A stretch of 55,013 nt of DNA, filler included, from Sphacelaria rigidula (lineage: Eukaryota), in assembly GCA_964200075.2 (NCBI GenBank). It is 5 parts of 5 records of this genome, joined end to end, with 100 filler letters (N's around TTAATTAATTAA, not from the genome) between each part and the next. Parts side by side here need not be neighbours in the genome. Positions count along the whole stretch, not along the records: positions 11,024 to 21,946 come from CAXNAA020005671.1; positions 22,047 to 32,969 come from CAXNAA020005672.1; 3 more parts are not named here. One strand, written 5' to 3'. Made by a program: the position numbers and the translations under genes. The notes below the pieces were generated by a model. That model searched no databases, was not told where the DNA came from, and saw only the letters and a program-made list of their open reading frames with translations. Positions 12,300 through 23,623 of the stretch are shown here, in pieces (the first letter of the stretch is position 1; every line of letters begins with the position of its first letter).

Positions 12300-13050
12300 C
12301 AAACTTAGAGATCAAACGTTCACTGGGATGAGCGGTAAAAACTATTTCAGCCGAAAACTCCTATATTCAACCCGATCATGTCCTACGCAACGTATCGTAG
12401 CCATGATAACACTAGCCCTTGAAGAGTCTGTCGCATGAAAGCGTGAACAAGTGCGATAGCACATTACTTGGACAGTAATCTACGCACTGAAAACTATGCC
12501 GGTTCAACAAATCGACGATGCTAGGCGGTCAAACAAAGACCGACTCTAGTGGCAGGCGATCTGGATCTCCGAAAAGTAAGTTCAGTCATTCGAGTGCATT
12601 GAGCTATCTTCAATTCCCGGTGTAGCATGAGTTATGGTCGAACGATAGGGACTGCAAACGAACAACGTCGCAAGGTGTTGAACGCACCGTACACGAGACC
12701 CGTCCAACGATTTTTTTACAACTCGGGTACCGCGATGCCCTTGTGGGCCAGACTATATTAGTCTGATGATCATCTTTTTTCGGAACAGATAAAAGAGTAA
12801 TCCGAAATGTTCCGGTTATCGGATTGCCCTCCCAAAAGGATTGTTCAGGCGATCTCACTCATTGGTGATATGGCGAATCGTAACATTTGACATCCGTCAC
12901 CTGCCACTGTGTGCCAACACAACCAGTGTGTAGCAACATTTGGTGATACTCTACACTTTTATTACCGTTCCCCGTCCTCCAACGAAAGCCATGACCGGTC
13001 CTGTCGGTACGGTGTGGGGAGGGTCTTCTTGGCGGGTGCAGGGCCGGACT
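12300..13050 (-). mobile_element. Degenerate LINE reverse-transcriptase relic
   Basis: Minus-strand remnants ITLLSVPKKDD..KGIAV and PYRST resemble the PKKGD..NYRGI and GFRP.RST blocks of non-LTR RTs; heavily frameshifted. Confidence 0.35.
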
Positions 13051-13699
13051 CACCCTCAAGTAGTGACTCTTTCTCGCTACTAACCCTGGCCTAGGCCGTG
13101 GTGTGGTGGTAGAGGTGGGTCAGCACGGTACTCATCAGGCACGCCCACCCCTGTTGTAATACAGCAGTATAATATGACAACACCCTGAGTGCGGGCATGT
13201 TGAGATTCGGTGTGTGCGCGGAGGCAGATGACACCGCTGTCAAAAGCTGGCACGCACACCTTTGATACAAAGGAGCATGTGCCGGTGTGTAGGGTGGTTT
13301 CGGCGACCAGGATAGAGAAGCGGTTGTCGACGGACGGGTTAAGTCTGGTTGAGCCTCTTGGACGAGACACTCGAAGACCAGAACTAGAGTGCATCAGGAA
13401 GGAAGTGTTTCACACGAAAGAAAGGAGAGGGGGCACTGACTACGAACATCGACGAGAACTTGGCGAGGATGGGCGGTTGCGTTGGCCATTAACGCTAGTG
13501 AGGATAGATGGAAGCGTCAGGAGGTCAATTTCGAAGAGGACCTTTCAGCGGATAAGAGCGGAGCAGGGCGGCTGATTTCGTTGAGGGCGGAATATTATTT
13601 TCATGTTGGGTTTTTGATATTGTTTTGTTATGGATATTACATTCAGATGGTATCCCATGTTTTCATGGTTGACTATAGGACACTCTGAACAGATTCTGT

Positions 13700-16600
13700 A
13701 TTTTGCTGATGACGCTATGCGGGTGTCGGCTAGACAGCAGAAGCAGCAACCACTGAGGTGGGGAATCGGAGATCGACGCCTCAACAGCTGCTTCCCCCTA
13801 GAGACCCGCCCTCTCCGCCGCACGACACACTCCCTATATCACAAGGAGCAACTCCTGGCGCAACCCTGCGACAACAGCGGCAACACGATCCTGCACGGGC
13901 TTCACGATCGAAGGAGCCAAAAACGGCAAATCTTCGAGCGTGGTACAAAAACATGATCGCATTCTCGAACGCCTGATGCACGGCGTGACCCATCTCCTCA
14001 GCGTCCAGGCACCGCCGGCCCAGCAGCAACAGCAACAGCACCACCACCAGCACCTCCTCAATCACAACAACATCAGCGCAAGTCAACCGACACATTACAA
14101 GTAGCTTAACAAGCCCAAGGCTGCTCGCACCTACAGCAGCAACAACAGCAACAAGATCACCAGTGACAGCTTCCTCAGCAACATCTCACACTGCAGGATG
14201 TCTCCCGGCCGACTTTTCGGTACCAGTTCTACGACCTGCAACAGTGGGCCACACAAGCAGCACCTCCTGTGACGGCGGATTTCACTACGGCGAAGAAGAA
14301 GAGGACCGTGGCAGTAACTGCGAAAAAAAGGGGTGTCTCGCTGGCAAACTGACCCCCCGACTCGAAATAGCATGAGCTGCGAGGGGGACACAATTCGAAT
14401 TTCCCGTTGTCCAATGAAAAGCTCAAGTCCATTTGCCTCGATCTCGCGGCGCTCCACTCGCGAATGCCCCACATGCAAACACTGCAGAGATTTGACATCG
14501 CGGCGCTCGGCCCTCCGCTTCCAACGGGCTGGATTCCCACGCCACAGCGTTTGGGAATTCACATGTACACATAAAATGCACTGATCGCCATCAAGGGCGG
14601 CATCATGGGCGGCGCTGTTGGCTCTTCATTGCTGGCGGCCAGCACACGGGTTCACCACAATTGCGGAGTTACAGGTACTGGCGGAGAAGGTAACTGACTT
14701 CGTCACTTTACATCTAGCGGAGCGTCTGCGTGGACGCAGTACATGCAATTAAGTGTTGTTGCGTGGATTACGACATCCTAGTAGCCGAAGTCTGCCTCGC
14801 ACTCAGTTGGACGGGGTCCCCCGGTTTCCAGGTTTGATCTCGCAAGCAATAGAGCATGCTCACTGTCACACAACCCCAAACGATTAAAATATACTCAATG
14901 AAAGAACGAAGATGATGCAGAATGTGCGTGTAGTACCGCCTTAGAGTAGGATCGCCCACCCCAGTGCTACCGAGTATCTCGGTATCTCCTTCAAAAGTTG
15001 TTGGTGGTGGGGGGTGTACTTATGGTCATGCATGCCATAGTCATAAGACCATTGATCACGCATCCCAACAAAGCCGTGACGGAGCACGCCGGTGGGGGGG
15101 GGAGGCAACGTTCCTTTTTGCGCCGTTGTATATACGTTCATGACTCCATACTGGCCAAGGTGTAGCACGACGACAATGACCAATCTGCGCTACTCGGATC
15201 AGCATTACTCGCGTCCGATCATCTGAGATTGTTCGGCATGGGAAAAGTAGGTGAAACCCCAACCTTGGCTCCAAGTATTAGTACCGACTGGGACACTACC
15301 GTGAAGGCGCTGGGGTGCACGATAACCACACACAGTATGCGAATCTCGGTACCCACCAAAAATTCCCAAAAAATGCGAGTTGTTGACAAACGAATGGCTC
15401 AGCAATGAATAAATAGCACGCCTGCGTCGCCGAAATCTCAAGTGTGGCCGACAAGCTATAAACGCTCACATGCGTAGTCAGAGCTGGTGAATATTCTGCC
15501 TGGCAACTATTATGAGATACCGGCCCCCACCGAGCAGGGCGAGGAAAACATGACAACATGAACCAACTGAGACTAGGGTGAGTTTGGGCGATTGACCAGC
15601 AACTACTTGATCAAGGGCAGGCGCTTAGCGCCCTACTCTTTCCTCGAGTGGAACGCAAAGCCACTCACCGATATCTGTCCGAGGCAAGCTTGTGTGCTGT
15701 CGGAGGCTACTGCCCGGAGTTGAAAGTTTTTTGGCGATACACCCTCCCTTCTGCTCTTATGGCTGAACTAATTCGAAAAGCAGACGCCAGAGAAAGCTAT
15801 GCCATTACGATCAATCTACTAGAACTATGCGGTATGACGGTGACAGTATATATCATCCAAATGTTTCGTAAGAGGGAAGGAACACGCCGAACAAGGAGAA
15901 CTCATATTAATGCGGGGTGATAACGCATCAATTGTTCCTTGGGTGAACAGGTGCGGGGACTCACGAGAAAGACAAGCTGGCTGGACTCATGATGAGAATG
16001 ATAGATCTAACGGAAATTACGATGGTCTGGTGTCCCGTAGCGAAGCATATTCGAGGCATTAATAAGATGCTGGCAGACGGGATCTCGAGATGGCCCGCGG
16101 ATCAGGTACACGACAAGATTAACCAATTAACGGGAGAGCAGGCTTGGAAATACCATGACATCGGTAGTAGGGGAAAAGACATATCCGAAGTGGTACTGCA
16201 AGAGCCGTTTCCGAAACGGCGACTGGACGATAAACTATGGTCGGTCATTACCGAACGAGAAAATTCCAACTGAAAAATCAAAACGTGTTCACCCCACCTC
16301 GGTACCCCCACTTTCCCCATACGCTCTCATTTTCGACCAGGAGGACTACACGGTCACGTGCGAGATAGGCAGGAGCTGGTGCGAACGTTACTACTCGCGT
16401 CAGTCCGTAGTAGTACCAAGAAAGGTTGCATTAGATAGTTCGACGCATAGGTAACATGGAGAAAAGCTCGGGGGGGGGGGGGGGGGGGGGGGCGACGGAC
16501 AGGAGAGGGAAGGGACGGGGGGGGCACGAGGCACACAACTCACACAAAACATACGANNNNNNNNNNGGGTGAGGGTGGATGGGGGGGGGGGGGGGGGGGG

Positions 16601-17260
16601 GGGGGGCACGCGTTCCTATGAGAAGGCGACGGGGAGCTGACCGTCATGACAGTTACCTCAATCACTACGTTCATGGCGAGTGGAGTTTTCGGTCACGGAA
16701 ACCAAAGCTGGACGGTGCGGTCGTATTTGGCTGCTATCCCAACATTTTCATAAGATGTTAGAGGGATGAGAGTTACCCGTCCGGTACTGTATGTTGACCG
16801 CTGTCTACAAAGGTATCGACTGGATGCACGGACAGGGTGACGCCAAGACTAGGACCTGAATACCTCTGACGATATATATCCTGCGTGCTAACAAGACAGA
16901 GGGACCGGAGTCGGCGGAGAGTCGCATAAAGCGGATTGAATTGACCCTTTCGGGGTTTTTTGTGTAGAGCATCCGAAATCTGGGCGCACAACTACGGGTT
17001 AGTGCACTCCGAGCTCTGCCTCACCAGTGAAGCCACCAAACTAGCAGCGCAAGGGGCAACCCCACTACAAACCCAAAGGACGGGTCGTTGGAAATGACAA
17101 GCATTCATGATGTACGTTAGAGTAGAAGGGGGGGGAGATAGAGAGTGAATGTGTGAATCAAGATAGAGGCTCAGCATATCGGGCCGCCTAAAGGGGGAGT
17201 GTGTTGACCAGCCCCGCAAAAAACAAGGCCAGGTCAAAAATTAAGAACAGAAATCACGGG
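13700..17260 (+). mobile_element. DIRS-order (Ngaro-like) tyrosine-recombinase retrotransposon, decayed
   Basis: Gln-rich gag-like region at ~13750-14330. RT remnants: LALSWTGSPGF (~14797-14829), YVHD in place of YVDD (15133-15144), TPTLAPSISTDWDTTVKALG. RNase H: SEASLCAVGGY..INLLELCGM..KHIRGINKMLADGISRW (15648-16273). Tyrosine recombinase C-terminus: VHS....ATKLAAQGATPLQTQRTGRWK*QAFMMYVR (~17000-17121). Contains stops and frameshifts. Confidence 0.78.
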
Positions 17261-18219
17261 TTAGCCCGATAGCTAGAGTACCCACTGCGACGAGGTTGCA
17301 GCTGGGCAAAAAATGTCTCTTCTTCTATTGCCTTGTTTTGTTTTCTTGGGTTCTTTCTCTGACTTTTTCAAGTCTTGGCTTGTCTTGAAAAAATGTATGA
17401 TTGTCGAGCAATGAACAAACAAATGGTAGTATTTCGTGGAAGTATGAGGTTTGTGTTGGCGGGTGACGAATATAGGAGCCGAGGTTCTGGGGTGGCGGAT
17501 GACGATGCAGTAGTATGGTAAGGGTCAACTCGTCAGGGCAAAACTCTCGGCCCCACGCTCTCAGCTGTGTTCAATTTTGAAGCCCAATGCACTCCACACT
17601 CGTCAGTGTTGAGCACGGCAACGAGCACTTGCGCGTGCAAGACAGTCAAGTACAGTACAGTAGTGGTTCTCGAACTGTTCCAAATCATTTACTGCGCCCA
17701 CCGCCCCATTACTCGAGAGAGAGTGGAATCAGGGCAGAGCGAATGGTTCGTTTTTCTTCAGGCTTTGGTTCCGTATGCGCGCATAAAGTTCAGCTTATTT
17801 GGGGGTTTTGGAGCTTGAACAGGCATTTTTTTTATCGCAAATCTTGTAATTAGCTTAATATGCTTGAAACGGGCTCGACATGCTTGAAGCTCGCATAAAT
17901 CGCGCATAAAGTTGTGGTAATTTTTTGTGCGCCTCCTGCAGCCAGCTGCCCGCAAGTGCTCCATGTGGCGTGACTCGTCACCAGACAGGCCGACAGGCTT
18001 CAGGCTTCAATACTTCAAACTCCCATGGTCGTGTTTCGTGTTCCTATTTTGTTCCCGGTCTTATCAGCAGAACGTTCCACTTTATACATGGTGCTATATT
18101 GTTTTCAAAGATATGTCTGAGACTAGTGCACTTGTACAGCGTACAGCTGTAGTACAGCAGCAGCAACAATGAGAAGCGATACATCATACAAGCTGTTTAT
18201 TCGTCATGTAACCACCGAG

Positions 18220-18480
18220 GTCATGGCGAGCCTACCGTCCGAGAAAGACGACTTTTTGGTCGCGGCCTCAGGCGCACATTCAGAGTACGCTTCGCTGTCG
18301 TTTGGGATGACAACAAGAACAGGCTTCCCAGTTGGTATCTCGTGGCAATCGATTTTGTACTTATCCAGCCATCGTCCGCGTCTATGGAGCGAGTGTTTTC
18401 AATTTTGAAGGGGTTCTCGAACTCCCGGCAAGAGAAGGCGTTGACCGGATCGAATCCGCGGTTATGAAGTACAATCGGTA
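18220..18480 (+). pseudogene. hAT transposase C-terminal dimerisation-domain fragment
   Basis: WDDNKNRLPSWYLVAIDFVLIQPSSASMERVFSILKG (~18303-18413) contains the hAT PSSAxxERxFS motif; frameshifted on both sides. Confidence 0.7.
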
Positions 18481-18966
18481 CCGGTAGTTCGACAATATTC
18501 CTAATGTCGACTGACGGTAGATGATGGCGGAGGGGGTTGGTAGCTTGTAGCTTGTAGCTGGCCAGGCGAGAGGCCAAAGCCTGCAATGTCTCGTGTCCAG
18601 AGGTTACATCGCCCTACTGCTGTATCGTGTATCATAAGTGTAGTGGCATTTGTCGTTCCCGTACGTGGGTTAGGGCGTTGGTGTGCAGGTTGTTGCCTTC
18701 ACACTCGGTGACTAAAGAAAGGCTTCATTTTTTAATTAAAAATGAACATCAAAAACCTTGAATGCCCAACTTGTCTTGTCCTCATGCTAGAAACCGCGCC
18801 TCAAGAGGGGATACTGCCACAACGCCACAATGAGGACGGGAATAAGGTGCACAAGGCGCGCCTAATTGCGCTGGAAAGCTTTACCCTTTTGGAACCGTTG
18901 ATGGAAAAGTGACGATTTACGCTTTACGTTTTCTTGGGCAGGATATGCTTGTTCTTCTGCAATGTT

Positions 18967-19045
18967 GATGATGCAGCCCACCAAAGCGGTGCACCACTTT
19001 AAGTTTAAGTGTACTAATGTGACAAATTCGTGCACCGAACTCGTA
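18967..19045 (+). repeat. Short dispersed repeat shared with 11803-11910
   Basis: gatgat.cagcccaccaaagcgg.gcac.act..aagtt.aagt.tact..tgtgac...ttcgt.caccgaactcg at both sites. Confidence 0.7.
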
Positions 19046-20339
19046 TTGACGTCTGCCGGGTGACGAAAAGTCCACGGGAACGGCAGGTAAGGTACCGTAC
19101 CGAGCGTACCCCCGGTATTTACTGGGGTATCTCATACCATGGTATGCGTGGGTTCCGCAGGTATGAGTTTTGAAAATATCTGATTGGGCGGGTACGGTAG
19201 GTATTGAAATATCGAAATATCGTGGTATCGCAGGTATCGTAGGTATGAGCTTTGAGAATACCCATTTCGGTCGGTAGCGGTGCGAGCTGGGCCAGCCAAC
19301 AGTGGGTGGTTTTCACGCTCAGGCGACGCACGGCGTGATTGTGGGAGTTGGGCGCTGAAATTTTGACAGCAGCTTTTCATGATTGACATGAAGAACATCT
19401 GTGAGCAGCAAAGAAAAAAAAAAAAGTTATAGGGATTTGAAATTTCAGCAAAAACAAGATAGTGTCGTAAGTCCAGGAAAAGAATGAGAATCTGTAGATG
19501 CTCACAGGATGTATAATTACCTGGGGGGTAGGTCTTTTTGAAATTTCAGCTCAAGACTCGTCGAATTGGGCCGTGCGTGCAACGTTTTGCGTGACGCTGC
19601 TGCACTTCTATAATTCAAGTGATGGGAGACTCCACTTATGGAGGTCGTTAGTTCGAATCCCGATAGATTCTCTTTTTTTTTCGTCCGTCGTTAAGGTCAT
19701 GTATTATGAAGTACATTATTTTCTTCTTTTTCAGCGGCGGCGCCGTGTGTTACCAGGTGGGTCTGCACTTCACAGTTATGGGTAGGAATGGGGACCCTAA
19801 CGACCAAAAATCGGCACAAGATTTAAAATAAAAAATAACGCGGAGGAATAATGAACACGTCAGTAGGTGACCGGACCTGTGCCGAGGCCCCCTCGAACAG
19901 AACACACGCTTCATCACTTATTAAGTTGGTGCAGTATGGGAAAGCTGTAGCACTGGAGATCGCGCGGTTTTCGACACAGGAAGCAAGCCGGTCCACGGCA
20001 CTTGACAGCCCCCCGCACACACACAATATCCAGGGGAACTGATTTGATATTTTGCTGGCGTCGCGTCAGCGGCACGGAAATCCCCTCTCAGAGCGGAAAA
20101 CACCCTACTTTAGTATATTTAGGTCATTTGCGAGTCAGCATCACGCGCATACGCAAAAACCAAACTAGGCGACATAGCTTGGGTGTGTGGGAAGCGCACG
20201 CAAGAAACCGCAGTCCAATCCCCCGCTTCGTTGCCGAGTTGTAAGCGTTGCGCGATGGGCACCTTTGGGTTGAGGATCAGCACCGTCTTTCGAGGTCGGA
20301 TGGCAAATTCAGAAAAATCGGTGCGCATACTACTTTTCC

Positions 20340-20860
20340 TGCCGGAAGCAAGTTGTGACAACATGCACTTGGGTTGCGTGCCCCTAGGCGCTGCTTTGTT
20401 CTGAGCGGCTGTGCACAAAGGGCATATTCGCCTTTCAACGGCGAGTATCCTTTCAAGTGTCGAATTACAGAGGGAGAGTTGACAGAAGAAAGACAAAGCT
20501 GGCGACTGCTTCATGTCAGGGCTCCAGTGCAGAAGCCAAGGCGTCGAGAGCGATTTTAGTACGAGTATGTGCGTTACATCTGCTGGTGACCGCGGTCATG
20601 TATTTAGTAACTATCCGTATATAGTATTAATAGTATCAGAATGAGATGCAAACTATGCCATCTTCGACAAGCTTCGTTTTGGGCTCCGTGTTTTTTTCTT
20701 GCGGCGAGCAGTGTGTGACGGATGGCATTTGACTTTGTGCCATGCCACCAGGTGCTGCTTTGTTCTGTACGGCTGTGCACGAAGGCCAAATTCGCCTTTC
20801 AACAGCGAGTACCCTTCATGTATTGAGTTGCAGAGAGCGAGGTCACACATGAACTTCGGC
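20340..20860 (-). pseudogene. Duplicated zinc-finger-like (BED-like) coding relic, probably from a DNA transposase
   Basis: 20340-20500 and 20700-20860 are diverged direct duplicates (ttcgcctttcaac.gcgagta.cc.ttc). The minus strand reads FMCDLALCNS...KQHLVAWH and FFCQLSLCNS. Confidence 0.35.
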
Positions 20861-22120
20861 TTTTGTGTCTGAGGGTTCCAGTTGATTTCAGACTTCAAAC
20901 TATGTGTGCCCAGGTCGGCAGAGCCACGATGTTTCAAGTGACTGCCTGTACATACTGAAAATAGGGGGGAAATGACGTTGAAGATGTTGATCTGGACAGA
21001 GAGAACCAGACCGTGCTCAAGCGATGGACATGATGGGATTCCTTCCATCCATGCCATGACCCTGACCCCATGGGGCCTATGAGAAATCCACTCTCTAATT
21101 CGCACGGCATGAACCTCTTGATCGTCAACACCATCAGCATCGTTCTCAGTAATTTTTGGATGCGCGACGCTGCTGCTCATGATCTCCAAATTTCCGTACT
21201 TTCTCATCCTAGCACCATGTCAGGCACGTCCTTCACCGCAGTTACATTGGTGTGTAGCGGCCACAACAGCTGCTGTTCGTGCTCTTGTTTGGTTATCTTC
21301 GCAATTACGGGAAACGTGAGGTAGCACCTCGCGGGCGTGTGCTTCCCGACCGGTGCAGACAGATGCAGGACACTAGCTAGTGCAACAAGATTGTCCATCT
21401 ACTGATGTTAAGCGAGCTTTGCGGAGGAACAAAATCACCTAAACACCGACCACTCCCAGGCTTGAATAGATGTACTAGAAATATAGTTCATTTCTTATGA
21501 GCCAAATCGTCATTTGTAGGTGACGCGTGTATTTTCCATTGATATGATTCGTTGGATTACGGACCACTTCTGACACATGTAGCGTTCAGCTTGCATCTTC
21601 CATGAATATAGTACCCCAAATCGGCCCCCATTCCTACCTATAACAGTAATATGCTTACATCGGGTTCATTGGGGAAACTGAGGAAGCTGTGGTGTGGGCA
21701 ACTTTTAGCCGCTTTCAACCCTTTTGGGACCGGACCCCCGCTAACACAGGGTTGACCCTGTGTTCGTGAAATAATTAAAAATAAGTCTTCGAGCGACCTG
21801 CCCAATCACGGCGAGGCGAAATTTATCGACCAGACCCGAACGACCAGCGCAGGGATTGTTGTCGAGTGTGATGCCACTGCAAATATCGTGTGGGGGCCCT
21901 ATCCATGGCCCAAACAAGCCTCTCCAGGTTTTGAAGTGCATGGTGGNNNNNNNNNNNNNNNNNNNNNNNNNNNNNNNNNNNNNNNNNNNNTTAATTAATT
22001 AANNNNNNNNNNNNNNNNNNNNNNNNNNNNNNNNNNNNNNNNNNNNCTCCCCAAGGTATATACCTGTGCTCATACCTGCAATCGGGTATATCTATAACGG
22101 TATACCCTAACCCCGGGTAG

Positions 22121-22285
22121 GGGTATGGGAGCCTTACAGAGCTCACAGAACTTGTCGGGTACGGTATGGGAAGCTTACAGAGATTGCGGAAGTATCGGGT
22201 AAGGGTATGGAAGTCTTGCAGAAACTACAGAACTACCGGATACCGGTATGAAAGTCCTACAGAAGTCACAGAACTGTCGGGTACG
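22121..22285 (+). repeat. Minisatellite, about 41-bp unit x4 (ggtatg..ag.cttacagaa.t.acagaact.tcgggta)
   Basis: Four diverged units seen directly; probably the subterminal array of a DNA transposon ending cacaaccttg at ~22341. Confidence 0.7.
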
Positions 22286-22342
22286 ACCCGGCAGAATACC
22301 TCGGGTATACAGAAAACCATACCTTACAGAACACAACCTTGA

Positions 22343-22826
22343 TTTTTTTCATTATGCACTAGCGATTCTCGATACGAAATTTCAAAGCACAACTCTCAAA
22401 AACTGAGACGCAATATCCGGATTTAGTGCATAAAGTGCCTCTGCTCGAAAAATTTAATTTTTAGTAAAGAACGTTATGTGCACCATATCTCGAGATAGAT
22501 AACGAATTAGGCAAAAGTGGAGGTATCGATCGTTTTCCCATGCTCCAGGAAACATCCACACGAAAAATCGTCATCATCCGCTGTTTATATCGTTCGGGGT
22601 TTCATACAGAATTCAGTATGGACGCTAGCTCCGTACGTTATAGGAATCACTGTTATAGACATGGGATTTAATCAACGAGAAGAAAAATGTCCCAGAATTT
22701 GGAGCACATGGGCACCTTCCTTATGGTCAGACGATTAATACGATACGCAGATCACGGCCCAACTCGTCTGTGTCGACGAGATATTGCTTTGAGAGCTTAA
22801 ATTCGTATCTAGGGCGGCCCAGCTCG
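22343..22826. mobile_element. Half copy of the TA-CGAGCTGGGCC family MITE
   Basis: Inverted homolog of 9935-10420; ends GGCCCAGCTCG. Confidence 0.55.
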
Positions 22827-22984
22827 TCATAGAACATTCAGTGTCTGCGTTGTGTACGTGATGCACGAGGTAAAAATACAAGCTGGGCCATTCAACCTAA
22901 AAATTGATTTATGCACTCACAGCCATACCTCATCGACAAAATATCACGAGTAGCGGCACTACTGATGTACTTATCTGAGGGTCT

Positions 22985-23589
22985 CACCTTAATTTTGAAA
23001 GTTGTGCTTTGAAATTTGGTATGGAGTATCGCAGGAGCATGCTGAAAAAGGAACTGCCGGGATATCCCCTCCCCCCTGATTTACCGTTTTTTTTTTGTGA
23101 AAATTGATGATGTTTTTGGTCCTTAACTCAGTTTCTCAGCTCAGTTTTCAGATTTTGTGTTTTGAAAATTTAGGCCGCTTCTTAAGGCAAACAGACACAT
23201 AAATCTGGAAAGCTGCCTCTTGGATCTGCGTCGTTTTAAGCCCTGAAAGAGAGCGAAGCAGAGGTTGGCACCTTGGAATGCCTTACTGTTATGTTTTAAC
23301 GGTTCCAGGACACCTTCAACGGTGTTTTCGGGAGATTACGGGTAGGAGATACGATTGAGAGTGACAAGCGTTCAATAGGTGAACGAACAGTTTCAGTTCC
23401 GAAATGCCGCCTCACCAGGCCCGGTGCTCCATCTCGAAAGGGATGCGTGGTCAATGGTCGAACGACTTAAGCAAGCAACAAATGAGTACAAGGCCCGATA
23501 CGCTTTCTGTTGTAGCTTGCTCTGAAGCCCTTGATACCCCAGAGTAGGATATCGGCGTGTAGCTGTAAGCACACGGCAGGGTTACGAGG

Positions 23590-23623
<34 letters not shown>

